This document shows, in pieces, positions 24,180 to 36,026 of a stretch of DNA of 64,000 bases (within the stretch, counting starts at the first letter, position 1; every line of letters starts with the position of its first letter). Source of the DNA: Macrostomum lignano (Eukaryota); NCBI GenBank assembly GCA_002269645.1, contig NIVC01003640.1, positions 22,208 to 86,207 on the forward strand, written 5' to 3'. Under the pieces are notes generated by a model. The model had not been told where the DNA came from. It was given only the letters and a program-made list of their open reading frames with translations, and made no database searches. The position numbers and the translations under genes are program-made.

Positions 24180-24582
24180 TGGTTTTGTTCCACCTGGCCG
24201 CTCAAAGCTGCCGAGTGCGGGAGCCGGCAAGCCACAACTGAAGCGGAAAGCCCTTACTGATCATACTAATCAGATAGTAAAAGTGCACTTTGCTCAGTGC
24301 CCACCAACTCACCCTCGCTGGCGTTCGCGCCGGTGAGATTGCTCATTTTGCCAAATTGCTTTTGCCGCTTCCAGGAGCAGAAAGACGATTTGCCGGCTCT
24401 ATGGGCTGATGGAGAGAGAACTCGGGGTTGAGGCAGTGGGGACCAGATGTTCGCCTGCGAGATTTATACCTGTGCCCCCCCATTCGCTCTCCCCTCCCCT
24501 TCCACTGCAGGCGCGGCCAAGGAGGCCCACAACCAGGACATGGAGTCAGCATTGCAAGACTACTACAGGCTGGTGTGGTGGC

Positions 24583-26006
24583 TTCTGCGTCACATTCACT
24601 GAGGCTTTCACAGCTTCTGCGTCACATTCACTGAGGTTTTCACAGCTTCTGCGTCACATTCACTGAGGTTTTCACAGCTTCTGCGTCACATTCACTGAGA
24701 CTTTCACAGCTTCTGCGTCACATTCACTGAGACTTTCACAGCTTCTGTGTCACATTCACTGAGGTTTTCACAGCTTCTGCGTCACATTCACTGAGGCTTT
24801 CACAGCGGTTTTCACAGCTTCTGCGTCACATTCACTGAGGTTTTCACAGCTTCTGCGTCACATTCACTGAGGCTTTCACAGCTTCTGCGTCACATTCACT
24901 GAGGCTTTCACAGCTTCTGCGTCACATTCACTGAGGTTTTCACAGCTTCTGCGTCACATTCACTGAGGTTTTCACAGCTTCTGCGTCACATTCACTGAGG
25001 TTTTCACAGCTTCTGCGTCACATTCACTGAGGTTTTCACAGCTTCTGCGTCACATTCACTGAGGCTTTCACAGCTTCTGCGTCACATTCACTGAGGTTTT
25101 CACAGCTTCTGCGTCACATTCACTGAGGCTTTCACAGCTTCTGCGTCACATTCACTGAGGTTTTCACAGCTTCTGCGTCACATTCACTGAGGCTTTCACA
25201 GCTTCTGCGTCACATTCACTGAGGTTTTCACAGCTTCTGCGTCACATTCACTGAGACTTTCACAGCTTCTGCGTCACATTCACTGAGACTTTCACAGCTT
25301 CTGCGTCACATTCACTGAGACTTTCACAGCTTCTGTGTCACATTCACTGAGGTTTTCACAGCTTCTGCGTCACATTCACTGAGGCTTTCACAGCGGTTTT
25401 CACAGCTTCTGCGTCACATTCACTGAGGTTTTCACAGCTTCTGCGTCACATTCACTGAGGCTTTCACAGCTTCTGCGTCACATTCACTGAGGCTTTCACA
25501 GCTTCTGCGTCACATTCACTGAGGTTTTCACAGCTTCTGCGTCACATTCACTGAGGTTTTCACAGCTTCTGCGTCACATTCACTGAGGCTTTCACAGCTT
25601 CTGCGTCACATTCACTGAGGTTTTCACAGCTTCTGCGTCACATTCACTGAGGCTTTCACAGCTTCTGCGTCACATTCACTGAGGTTTTCACAGCTTCTGC
25701 GTCACATTCACTGAGGTTTTCACAGCTTCTGCGTCACATTCACTGAGACTTTCACAGCTTCTGCGTCACATTCACTGAGACTTTCACAGCTTCTGTGTCA
25801 CATTCACTGAGGTTTTCACAGCTTCTGCGTCACATTCACTGAGGCTTTCACAGCTTCTGCGTCACATTCACTGAGGCTTTCACAGCGGTTTTCACAGCTT
25901 CTGCGTCACATTCACTGAGGTTTTCACAGCTTCTGCGTCACATTCACTGAGGCTTTCACAGCGGTTTTCACAGCTTCTGCGTCACATTCACTGAGGCTTT
26001 CACAGC
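24583..26006. repeat. 32-bp satellite (~44 copies) with higher-order structure
   Basis: Unit CACAGCTTCTGCGTCACATTCACTGAGG(T/C)TTT. The variant series GAGACT, TGTGTC, CACAGCGGTTTT recurs three times. Confidence 0.97.
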
Positions 26007-26713
26007 TTCGGCTTGATTAAGTTCAAGAATCCATTGAGCCCATCGAGCGGTCGGTGGCAGCCCTGAACGAATTTGTCAGAAATTTGTCAACTGGGCGGGT
26101 GTCGGACTTGGCACTCCAGGCTCTGATTTTTCGACTTCCTTGGCCTGGCCAACTTCCCGGATCCCGCTGGGACCGGCCAATGGACTGCGCCAGCGCCACC
26201 CAAACTGGGGATTTGCCGGCCGCGGCTGCACTGAGGGCGGGAAGGAGAGAAAGAACTGGGGGGGGGGGGGGGGGGGGGGCTGCTGCCTGCTTTTTGAAAT
26301 CCAATTTCGGGGAAGCGAAAGCCGAACTTGGCGAAGAAATCCCGGGAGAGAGGGGAGCTGCAGTGGACTTCGAAAACCCAGCCGATTCTGGCAGCACTGA
26401 TTTCGAGTCAAGAGGCTGAGCCCCAGACAGCGAACAGGCCTCCTCATCATGTCTCGGTGCCGACCGGTGCAGCAGATGACCAGGGCTGCAGCTGGGGATG
26501 TGCAGACAGGATGTGCAAGCGGAGTCGGGCTTTAGGAGGACAGGAGACCTGATCCCCGGCTTATGCCTGGCTGACTGATAAGGGATAAGCAAATGCAGCA
26601 TCTTTTGCTGATAATTTGATCTTGTAGAGGTAAAAGCTGCGTGTTAGGTGATTAAACAGCCGCATACCTATAACGGCTCGTGTAGCTAGGCCTTGGGACA
26701 TATTCAGTGCCTC

Positions 26714-26945
26714 TGCTGTCTGACACACTGCTGACTGAGCTGTCTGACACACTGCTGACGGTGGTGTCTGACACACTGCTGACTGAGCTGTCTGACACAC
26801 TGCTGACGGTGGTGTCTGACACACTGCTGACTGAGCTGTCTGACACACTGCTGACTGAGCTGTCTGACACACTGCTGACGGTGGTGTCTGACACACTGCT
26901 GACTGAGCTGTCTGACCTGTCTGACACACTGCTGACTGAGCTGTC
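26714..26945. repeat. 24-bp minisatellite, reverse complement of the 22901-24179 family
   Basis: Unit GCTGTCTGACACACTGCTGACTGA, whose reverse complement is TCAGTCAGCAGTGTGTCAGACAGC. Confidence 0.93.
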
Positions 26946-27499
26946 GCCAAAGCCTACCCCATGGCTCGTTCGCATTCGCAGCAGAACCTGACAGCAGTCA
27001 CAATGTAGCGCATATTGTAGCAGCCATGCAGCTTCCCAAAAGCTAAAATTAGTGCATCTTTTTGATACTTTTGAGGCAACAGACGGTCGGCCCAGTGATT
27101 TCAGGCCCCACCGGCACCCACGCATCTGTCCATCACGCTCGCACTAGAGTAATAATTAATTTTCGCCGAAGCAGAGCCCCCCCCTGCACCGCACCGGGCG
27201 GGCTGGTTGGGAAGAAATTCGGTCACTCGGTTCATTCCAGGCACCGAGGCTGTATCGAGAATATTGCTGTCGCAGTCGAGACCCGACTAGCGGGACATCG
27301 AAGCAATGGGCTATTTTAATATTTATGTAGATCAGGCCGAAGTGCGTTCACAATGCTGACAGAAATATTAATATATAAGGCGGGCATAACTGTTCAGCAA
27401 TCTTGTTTACTAACTCTGCTGAATAACCCGAACTGACTGCGCAGCATTCTGCCACAACAGAATCTGCTGTTTAAATTCCCTCACTTGATCCGTTCCTGT

Positions 27500-28322
27500 C
27501 CTATTTCCCACTTCCTGACCCACAATCCTTCTTCCTGACCCAATCTCCCTCTTTCTGACCCCCTCTCCCTCTTCCTGACCCCAATCTCCCTCTTCCTGAC
27601 CCCCTCTCCCTCTTCCTGACCCCCTCTTCCTCTTCCTGGCCCCCTCTCCCTCTTCCTGACCCCCTCTCCCTCTTCCTGGCCCCCTCTCCCTCTTCCTGAC
27701 CTCAATCTCCCTCTTCCTGACCCCCTCTCCCTCTTCCTGACCTCAATCTCCCTCTTCCTGACCCCTTCTCCCTCTTCCTGACCCCAATCTCCCTCTTCCT
27801 GACCCCCTCTCCCTCTTCCTGACCCCAATCTCCCTCTTCCTGACCCCAATGTCTCTCTTCCTAATCCACTCTCCCTCTTCCTGACCCACTATCCCTCTTT
27901 CTGACCCACTATCCCTGTTCTTGACCCCAATCTCCCTCTTCCTGACCGCAATCTCCCTCTTCCCGACCCAATATTCATCTCCCTGACCCACAATCCCTCT
28001 TCCTGACCCTCTCTCTCTTCCTGACCCCAATCTCCCTCTACCTGACCCCAATCTCCCTTTTCCTGACCCACTATTCATCTTCCTGATCCCCTCTCCCTCT
28101 TCCTGACCCCAATCTCCCTCTACCTGACACCAATGTCTCTCTTCCTAATCCACCCTCCCTCTTCCTGACCCACTATCCCTCTTTCTGACCCACTATCCCT
28201 CTTCCTGACCCCCTCTCCCTCTTCCTGACCCCCTCTTCCTCTTCCTGACCCCAATCTCCCTCTTCCTGACCGCAATCTCCCTCTTCCTGACCCAGTATCC
28301 CTCTTCCTGACCCAATCTCCCC
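27500..28322. repeat. Pyrimidine-rich ~20-21-bp degenerate minisatellite
   Basis: Unit ~CTCCCTCTTCCTGACCCC(AAT/CT); strongly C/T-biased on the + strand. Confidence 0.92.
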
Positions 28323-28729
28323 TTTTTTATCACACTTTAATTACCCAACATGTCTCCTCAACACTTGATATGTTTCGCTAAAAGCAACAAGAACGAGGGC
28401 ACAAAATGAGGTCAATCCGGTTAAAGGCGGAAGGCAGAGCAATAAAAAAGCATTGAGTATTTTTATTTAACATCTAATAGCGGATTTGAGCAGACAATGC
28501 TCAACACAGACTGCCAAGAAGAACAGAAATGCAAGCGCAAACAGCGACCGGCAGTTCCATCACGAATTTGTGCATCATTTCACAAAAGCATTTTATGATT
28601 ATTGGAGACTTGGCACGGGTTAAAAACTCCGCAGACACATTCAGATGCTGAGAGGCAAACAGGAGAGGAATGAAGGAGAGGACTTGGCAGTCAAGTCGCG
28701 CGTCTCTGTTATCAACCAGGGAATCGAGC

Positions 28730-29822
28730 TTAGGACCGCTTCTTGCGCAGCTGTTTTGCCTTCTTCTGCTCGGCCTCCTGCTCCTTGTAGCGCTTGGCAA
28801 CGTAATAAACAGCGTAGAGAATGAAGGCGGGGACGGCGATCAGGGAGGCGAGGCTGTGCAGTGAGGCGCCCGACAGGTCGAACCGGCCGCCGGAGTCCCT
28901 CTTGATTGACACCAGCTTGGTCTCGAATACCAGGGTTGAGTCCGCTGCGGTGGTGAGTGCAGGTTTGATTGCGATGCAGGTGTGCGGGAGGTCACTGATG
29001 CAGGTGTGCGGGAGGTCACTGATGCAGGTGTGCGGGAGGTCACTGATGCAGGTGTGCGGGAGGTCACTGATGCAGGTGTGCGGGAGGTCACTGATGCAGG
29101 TGTGCGGGAGGTCACTGATGCAGGTGTGCGGGAGGTCACTGATGCAGGTGTGCGGGAGGTCACTGATGCAGGTGTGCGGGAGGTCACTGATGCAGGTGTG
29201 CGGGAGGTCACTGATGCAGGTGTGCGGGAGGTCACTGATGCAGGTGTGCGGGAGGTCACTGATGCAGGTGTACGGGAGGTCACAGAGGCAGGTGTGCGAG
29301 AGGTCACTGATGCAGGTGTACGGGAGGTCACAGAGGCAGGTGTACGGGAGGTCACAGAGGCAGGTGTACGGGAGGTCACTGATGCAGGTGTGCGGGGAAC
29401 TCACGCGGAATGACAGGCGGGTGGCCCTGCTTGCCGTAGGCGAGCTCCGGCGGGATGACCAGCTTGCGGATTTCGCTGAAAATCGGCGGTGATTGGGTCA
29501 GGCGGGTGACGGATCGGTCAGGTAATTAGATCCCCAATCCGAACATGGGAGACCAGACTTACTCCACACACATGCCCAGCAGGCCCTGCTCCCAGCCAGG
29601 GATAACGTGCCGTTTGCCCAGCACAAATTCGATTGGCTCGCCGCGGCTGTAGGAGGAGTCGAACACCTGGCCGCTGGCGAACTTGCCGGTGTAGTGCACG
29701 GCAACCCGGTCGTTCTGTCGCACCTGGTCCTGGCAGGCGTCTGGCTTGCTCAGGGTGGTGATTTCAACATAGCCAGCTCTGCAGAGCAGGGGCAGCAGCA
29801 GCACAAGCGTCAGTCTTGGCAT
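28730..29822 (-). CDS. FKBP11: FK506-binding PPIase FKBP11/FKBP19-like; exons 29822-29563, 29475-29405, 28944-28730; 181 aa
   Basis: Signal peptide MPRLTLVLLLPLLCRA, FKBP domain VHYTG...FDSS...VIPGWEQGLLGMCV|DEIRKLVIPPELAYG...IP|DSTLVFETKL, then a C-terminal TM helix and Lys-rich tail (..KKAKQLRKKRS). GT-AG junctions are phase-consistent (2,1). This architecture matches FKBP11. Confidence 0.87.
28975..29395. repeat. 24-bp minisatellite filling FKBP11 intron 2
   Basis: Unit GCAGGTGTGCGGGAGGTCACTGAT, ~17 copies. Confidence 0.97.
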
Positions 29823-30202
29823 AGTAGTTCAGTGCAGGACATGCAATAAAATAATAGATTGTGAATTTGCCTCCTGTTCAACTGAATTCAATTATAGAAT
29901 TTTAGGAATTCAGACAGATAAAGTTATTAAATAAAGCATATATATGCTAAAAACCAGTGGCTTAAATTCTAAAGTTAGACTCCCACAAAAATCACACTGA
30001 AAAACTGACAAGAAATATTGGAAAATGAAAAGTGGACAGTGTAGAAGTATAGGCCACTGAAATTGTATAACTAGTGCTGTAGTGCAGAGGCTTGATGTAA
30101 ACCTTATATAATGATATTGGTCATGCACTTTGTATTTAACCTTGGCTTATTTTAGCCTTTTCTATCTTTTGGATATTAAAATCATATATAATTAATTAAT
30201 TA

Positions 30203-30472
30203 TTGATTACACCTGCCCTAATGGGCAGATATGCAAGCTATTGTATGGGGCATCTGAGGGCTGCATATGGCTGTTTAGTCTAAGGAATAGGGGGTTGCCC
30301 TACACACACCCTTAATTACCCCAACAAATGCTAATACCCATTTTACAACTGGATAAACTGAATCAATGCAGAGTTAAGTATCTTGCTCAAGGACACAAAT
30401 TGTTCTGAGTGGATTAAGGATTGAACCCCTGACCTTCCAGTTATAAGTGCAATGCTATAACCACTAGGCACT
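30203..30472 (-). mobile_element. tRNA-derived SINE, uninterrupted copy
   Basis: On the - strand: A-box-like TGCCTAGTGG, B box GGTTCAATCC, central TGTGTCCTTGAGCAAGATACTTAACTCTGCATTG (CORE/V-SINE-like), 3' GGGCAGGTGTAATCAAT and an AT-rich tail. Homologous to the split copy at 53611-56379. Confidence 0.75.
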
Positions 30473-33445
30473 AGGCTAAAAGCCCATCAAAAATCATACA
30501 ATATTGACAACTAAGGACAATGAATAATAATGCTAATGGGACATAGAAAATTTCCACAAGTTCTCTAAAGCACAAAGGAAAAAATAATAAATGCTAAAAA
30601 GGGGATTACAAAAAGCCTTTTACCTATCCTAATTATTCTAAAGCTTAAGCATAATTTATCACCATGACAAAAATGACTAGGCCTAGACTAGGCCAAGTTG
30701 GATAGTGCCACAAAACAAAGTACTATTAATCTATTACTATTGAACTACTGAGCTCCTTTTCTGGTTTATAGTTAGGTTTACTAATGTAGTTAAACAAACC
30801 AACAAATGTTTCCATGTTACAATTGGTTTTTGTAGTCCTAAGAGTAAGAAAATCAACTTTAAGTTATTTAGTTACTAAATCTAAATTCAAATGAAAAAAA
30901 TTGCAAATAAAACTGTGTAGTAATGCCTATATTTATTTTGTTCATTTTGCTTTAAGTCATTATATTTTAAAAAATACTCCTAGAAATATAATATATGGTA
31001 AGCCATAGCTATACTATAGCATTGGCATAGCATTAAATTATAAAAATTAAACAACTTAACTGTCGATACAAATAAAATAGAAAGGCTACTAGTACTAGGT
31101 ATTATTATACTATGATAGCAAGTTATAAAAATAGTCTAGGACAAAAGGAATACAATTCTAGAAGAGATGTGAATAGAGGAAAATAAGCTTCAATAATACT
31201 AATATTTTTATGTAAGTATATAAATTAAATGTATTATATTATTTTCAGTGGCGGATTTAGGGGGAGGCACGCAGGGTGCGCCCCCTGGCCCTGTCCAGTT
31301 AGAATTTTTTTTTAATATGGAAATCTCTCGTGTACATTTACATAAATGATTATACATGTACCTTAGTAATCTGCGCCCCATTCAAAATTTTCTAGATCCA
31401 TACCCAATTATTTCAAACAATAATTTACATGTTTTTAAGACTTTTTAAACGGCGATTAAAAAACATATGTAGCTTAAACTTTAAAATAGGGCCTAAAATT
31501 ACCCCTGTAAGTATCACAATAATCACGATATGAAAATGATAGTTATTCTGTGCTACATATGTTTTTAGTACTTATTCTGTGAGTGATACATATTTGGGAT
31601 ACACACATCCATACCCAAGGGATTTGGACTGGGAATCCTGGGATTTTGCAATTCATTGACTCTCTTTGTATTTTGTTTTATGTATTTCTTTGAATTATAT
31701 ACAAATTAAAATCGCGCGTCCACGTTCGTATCCAGCGTCTCTTAACAACTTAAAAAGTTAAAAAGGCCTAGCTGGGTCGGTGCATTTAATGAGTTTTAGC
31801 TTCTTATTCTGAATTAACAGTTCTAAGTCAGAACTTCTAGCATTCTGCTATAAACGTACAGAAAATTTCAGATTATTTGTTACGCTATATTTTTCATTTC
31901 TACTTTCTACTTTCTCACTTTCTACTTTCTCATTTCTAAGTTCAGTGGCGTATATCGAAAATTTGTTGCATTTTGCTATCAAATATTCTATCCCTGAAAT
32001 AAAAATACAATTAAGTAACCGATATTTTCGACGCATACATTATGATAATCTAATGTATCATGATGTATGCCGTTGTACATTAGCTTGTGACGTCAGTTTA
32101 CGTAGCCACGCCAAGGGCCGTTTTGACATACGGTACCAATCTTTAATATTACTGGTTTCGTATTCTCACGTCTGCTTAAAGTAGTGCCCAAAAATTTTTT
32201 TATCAGCTGCGTACAATTGTAAACCCTGCGTACAGCGCGCGATCGATAATTTCTATTCCTGTTTTTGTCAGCCGGCCAATAAAAAAGCCGCGCATTAATT
32301 ATATTAATTTCTCTCGCACCCCCCCCCCCCCAGCCCGCTCTTTATCAGTTCTGTCTGGCCGTGCGCTCGGGGTTTAGACCCGTTCAGACCCTGTTTTGAC
32401 TCCTTTGCTCCGCCGCCAACCTCATCGTCCCGCCTGGCTTTGCGTCCCCGCCTGTAGGCTCTTGCCGCCTTTACTTGTTTACTTGCCTTCTCTCTCCGCC
32501 TCGCTCCCCCACGGTTTTAGCCACGCCTTTGCCTTTGCCACTCTCAGCCACGCCACTTCTACTACCTATGCTATCTAACTTATTGTTGTGTAGTCGCCAG
32601 TGCATTGTTACGATTTCAACCTGTACTTTTGTTGACAATAAACAAGTCTGTCTGCAGTCATTGATTGCTTTAGCATTAACTTTAACTTTAACTGATATTA
32701 CGGCCAAGTGCTACCGCTACAAATTTGCCTCTGCCGCATTCATTTGCTTTTGCTTATTCTCGAGGCCGCCACACTAGTATTCGTCACAAGCTGGTTTCTT
32801 CCCTCTAGTTTACCGTCTTTACCTACCCACCAGTAATTCTCCACGCAATGATGAGCGATTTTGTGGCTCATGTGCTCCAAGTCTATATGCTTGGCCGGTT
32901 GCTGACATCGTGCTACTATATAGACTCACTACAGACACAATCAATGCATCGCACAATATTCGACTCTTGCTCGCCACAAACATGTGGCTGTATGAAAGTC
33001 ACTAAAAAAGCTACAATAAAGAACAATAGATAAAATCGTTCTTACAAACGAAATTCTAAATAAAAATTACTCTTTAAAAAAGTACATGGCAATGTTTAGG
33101 CTTTATTGGAGAGTGTGACATTCTGTTGTTAGACGAATGTAAGAAAAGGAGTTGATACGATGAGTTTTTTGTCCAGTAAAAGCTTAGTAAGAGATAAACA
33201 AAACACAAAGTAAGAGCTGTGCGCGCGCGCGTCCATTTTTTGCACGATGCAGGCCCGTCTGAGGTGGTCGAGTGATGCACAATACCTCAGAGTGAATCCA
33301 TATGAATCATTTACTAATACTTTTCGTCAAGCGAGCTACATAATGCCTGAATCATGAAGACATTTGATATGAACTGAGTTATATAATTCATCACTAAGTC
33401 CATTGATTAAGTGTAGCTATAAGTTTTGCTTTTGGAGCCATCGAG

Positions 33446-34386
33446 TAGGGATTCCAAAATCCCGACATTTTACAATCCCGGGATTGAATAGTCCCGAAAT
33501 CCCGATGCTGTTGAAATCCCGGGATTCAAAATCCCGGAATCCCGGTGCTTTTGCAATCCCGGGATTAAAAATCCCGGGATTCGATTCCCAAAAAAATCCC
33601 GGGATTCAAATCCCGGATTTTTGGCCCCAATCCCGGGATCCCGGGATCCCGGGATTGGAATCCCTAAATTGCTAGACGGACTGTGCAGCGTGCCGCGTGC
33701 AGTAGTCATGGTCTCGCGACTCTCAGAGTCTCAGGGCCTTTTCATATTACCAATTCCAGAACCAGAATCGGTTCGGAATTCCAAGAAAAACAGCAGTATA
33801 ACTATTAAACTCTGTTAATATTTGACTGCCTTAACAGCCTCACTTAGCACAATTTTTCACTTTCTTCTTGGCGACTGTCATTCAATTATAAAAACTTTAT
33901 AGCACGTATCTCCCTCTAGTTATGGAGACAAAAAGTTTATACTTCACAAATTGGTTCTTGTTCTGGAACCAGAGCAAGCAATATGAAAAGGCCCTCAGTC
34001 TCGTCTCGTGGTAGAAAACGAAAAAAAAGTTAAAATTATCTATAATTTACAGTTCACATTAACAATTTTTAGCTCAATTAAGACAGGAGCTTTGCAAATG
34101 TTTAACGTTTCATTGAGAAACAGCAAAAACAAATAAATGTTTTATTATTCAAATAAACGTTTAGACTTTAAATTATCTAATTTAGGCATTGAAAGGTCGT
34201 TCTAATCCCGGACCAATCCCGGGATTAAGGCCTTGAAATCCCGGGATCCCGATCCCGGTCTTTTGCAATCCCGGGATTAAAAATCCCGGGATTCGATTCC
34301 CAAAAAAATCCCGGGATTCAAATCCCGGATTTTTGGCCCCAATCCCGGGATCCCGGGATCCCGGGATCCCGGGATTGGAATCCCTA
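33446..34386. mobile_element. Composite non-autonomous hAT-type element (941 bp)
   Basis: TIRs TAGGGATTCCAA / TTGGAATCCCTA with a perfect 8-bp TSD CCATCGAG (33438-33445, 34387-34394). An internal copy of the right end finishes at 33666. Confidence 0.88.
33733..33995. mobile_element. Small TIR element (263 bp) nested in the hAT composite
   Basis: Perfect 15-bp TIR AGGGCCTTTTCATAT / ATATGAAAAGGCCCT, further inner inverted similarity (TTCCAGAACC / GTTCTGGAA), and AGTCTC on both flanks. Confidence 0.72.
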
Positions 34387-35257
34387 CCATCGAGTCGCAA
34401 GCGGAGACGGAGAAAAAACATCATTAATAACTTTGCTGTAGTTTACCATATATAGGGTCATTCACACCCACCATCAATTTTGCGGGGGTTACACCAAGGG
34501 GTGGACATTCTTAACAGCAAAGCTCTAGCAACGACCAACGCTCATTTTGGTTTTCGGAGTTATGATATTTCCAAGGACTGACTAGACTAGAACACTATAA
34601 CGAAGTATTCCTAGTGGTCCTTGGATATTTTGTGTTTAGATATGTGTTGTGATATTTCGGGTTTGTGATGTTTCGGGTTGTGATGTTTCGGGTTTTTGAT
34701 ATTTCAGTTTGTGATGGCGACCCCGAAACGCCGAGTGCGAGAGCTGTCCTGGTCTTGGCCCATTGGCGATCTTGTCCCATTCCGGACCGCGATGACCAAC
34801 CCAAGATGCTTGAAAAACCAAGTGCTCGGACAGACTGACTGCACCGGAGGTGGATTATGACATGTGTTGTGTCGCAGTGACCTTGCACCGCAAGCCGTCC
34901 TTGGCTGGCAGTCGGGTGCGCCTGATATTGCACCAACCCCCTCCCTCTCACTAATTTCTCTCACCCGCCCCAACTGCCTGCTATGCCTCTGAGCTGAGCT
35001 GGCTGCCCCCCACCACCCCCGTCGCGTTTTTTATCTCGTCCCTTTCTGTCCCTCCCACGCCACCCGATTGGCTGCCACCACTTTCTCAAGCCCCCGGCCC
35101 CCACGCGCTCTAAGCTTGTTTATTTTCTGAATGTTTTGGCTGGCTGGCCCGGGATGAGCGATTACCCTAGGGTTTAACCATTCAGCCTAAATATAAAGTT
35201 GCGCGCTCCCGACGAGTGGAGGGCTCCCATCAAGAAGTGGGAGGAGCGCCACGTTCT

Positions 35258-36026
35258 TTACGATATGTCTGTGACTGTGATGGTACTCGTATTGGGATTA
35301 GGGACGGGCTGAGCCGGAGATTTGCGACGCGACCTCACGCACCGGTTCAGACTCAGTTCAACTAGGGCGGCAGAAACCATCTTGCGTTCGTCGTCCTGAA
35401 TAGTAACAAACGGAAAACTCCCCTTTAGGTAGCAGTCTCGGACAAGGGATACTCAGCAACATTACCATTAGAGGTTTAAAGCTCATTATTTTCTTATCCA
35501 ACACAACACCAAGCGGCATCTCGCGCGCCCTGGAGAGGTTCGAGTCCAAACTCCGTTTCTATACAGCTAACTGAATCCTTGCGTCCAATCCAGTTATTTG
35601 GCCTCCAAAAAATTGGGAGATAAAGTGCGCGATAAGATTGATTTAGGCGTATTTTGTTTCCTGCCTACAGAAGAGAAAGGCCCAGAGAATCTGAGCCGGT
35701 CAGTCATTGATAGAGCAGCTAGTTGCAGAATACACCCTTATACTCACAAATCTATATTGACAGCTAGAGCATAGCGCTCTCTTTTCTGTAATCTCGCTCT
35801 GAATAAGCTGTATGGAACGGAGTTCGGAGTTGAAATTCTTCAGGAGTGCCTTTTCAAGCCGGTAGTGTGCCTGCAGCAGACCAGCGGGCGCCTCATCAAC
35901 TTGCTGTTCGAGCAAGCCGGTCAACGTCCATGACTCGACTTTGAATAAAGCAGGACTGTCTTGACCACCGCCTGAAAAAAACGCCGCTCTCTGGCGGTCA
36001 GATAGGCGCTCGGACTGCAGGACCAT
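35258..36026 (-). CDS. Uncharacterised 3-exon gene, 169 aa; exons 36026-35748, 35558-35466, 35395-35258
   Basis: Two canonical phase-0 introns (TTT|GTGAGT...TATAG|AAA and ATG|GTAATG...ATTCAG|GAC) join three stop-free exons into MVLQSERL...HYRLEKALL...TEKRALCSSCQYRF|KRSLDSN...KPLM|DDERKMV...VTDIS*. Additional 5' exons are possible (acceptor TTTTTTCAG near 35972). Confidence 0.6.

Noticed and set aside
22126-26006. 43-bp and 32-bp arrays as CRISPR arrays
   Set aside because: Units are head-to-tail with no unique spacers, there are no cas genes, and the context is eukaryotic.
22340-27330. Exon-like unique segments between the arrays (22340-22900, 24180-24580, 26010-26600, 26950-27330)
   Set aside because: No consistent reading frame across candidate splice sites and no recognisable domain; left unannotated.
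59-29413. Long periodic ORFs (MRTLPQPIRAKL, RQTD/LSVC, GACYLGVLAIW, DYLATNLS, MSGAPFLCQG, GHTQLGSYT, QCVRQDS, HTCISDLP and similar)
   Set aside because: They are translations of stop-free tandem repeats, open in several frames and strands, and several lie inside introns defined by GT-AG junctions.
31246-31404. CAGTGGCGGATTTAG...CTAGATCC as a hAT MITE
   Set aside because: The right TIR is too degenerate and no TSD is visible.
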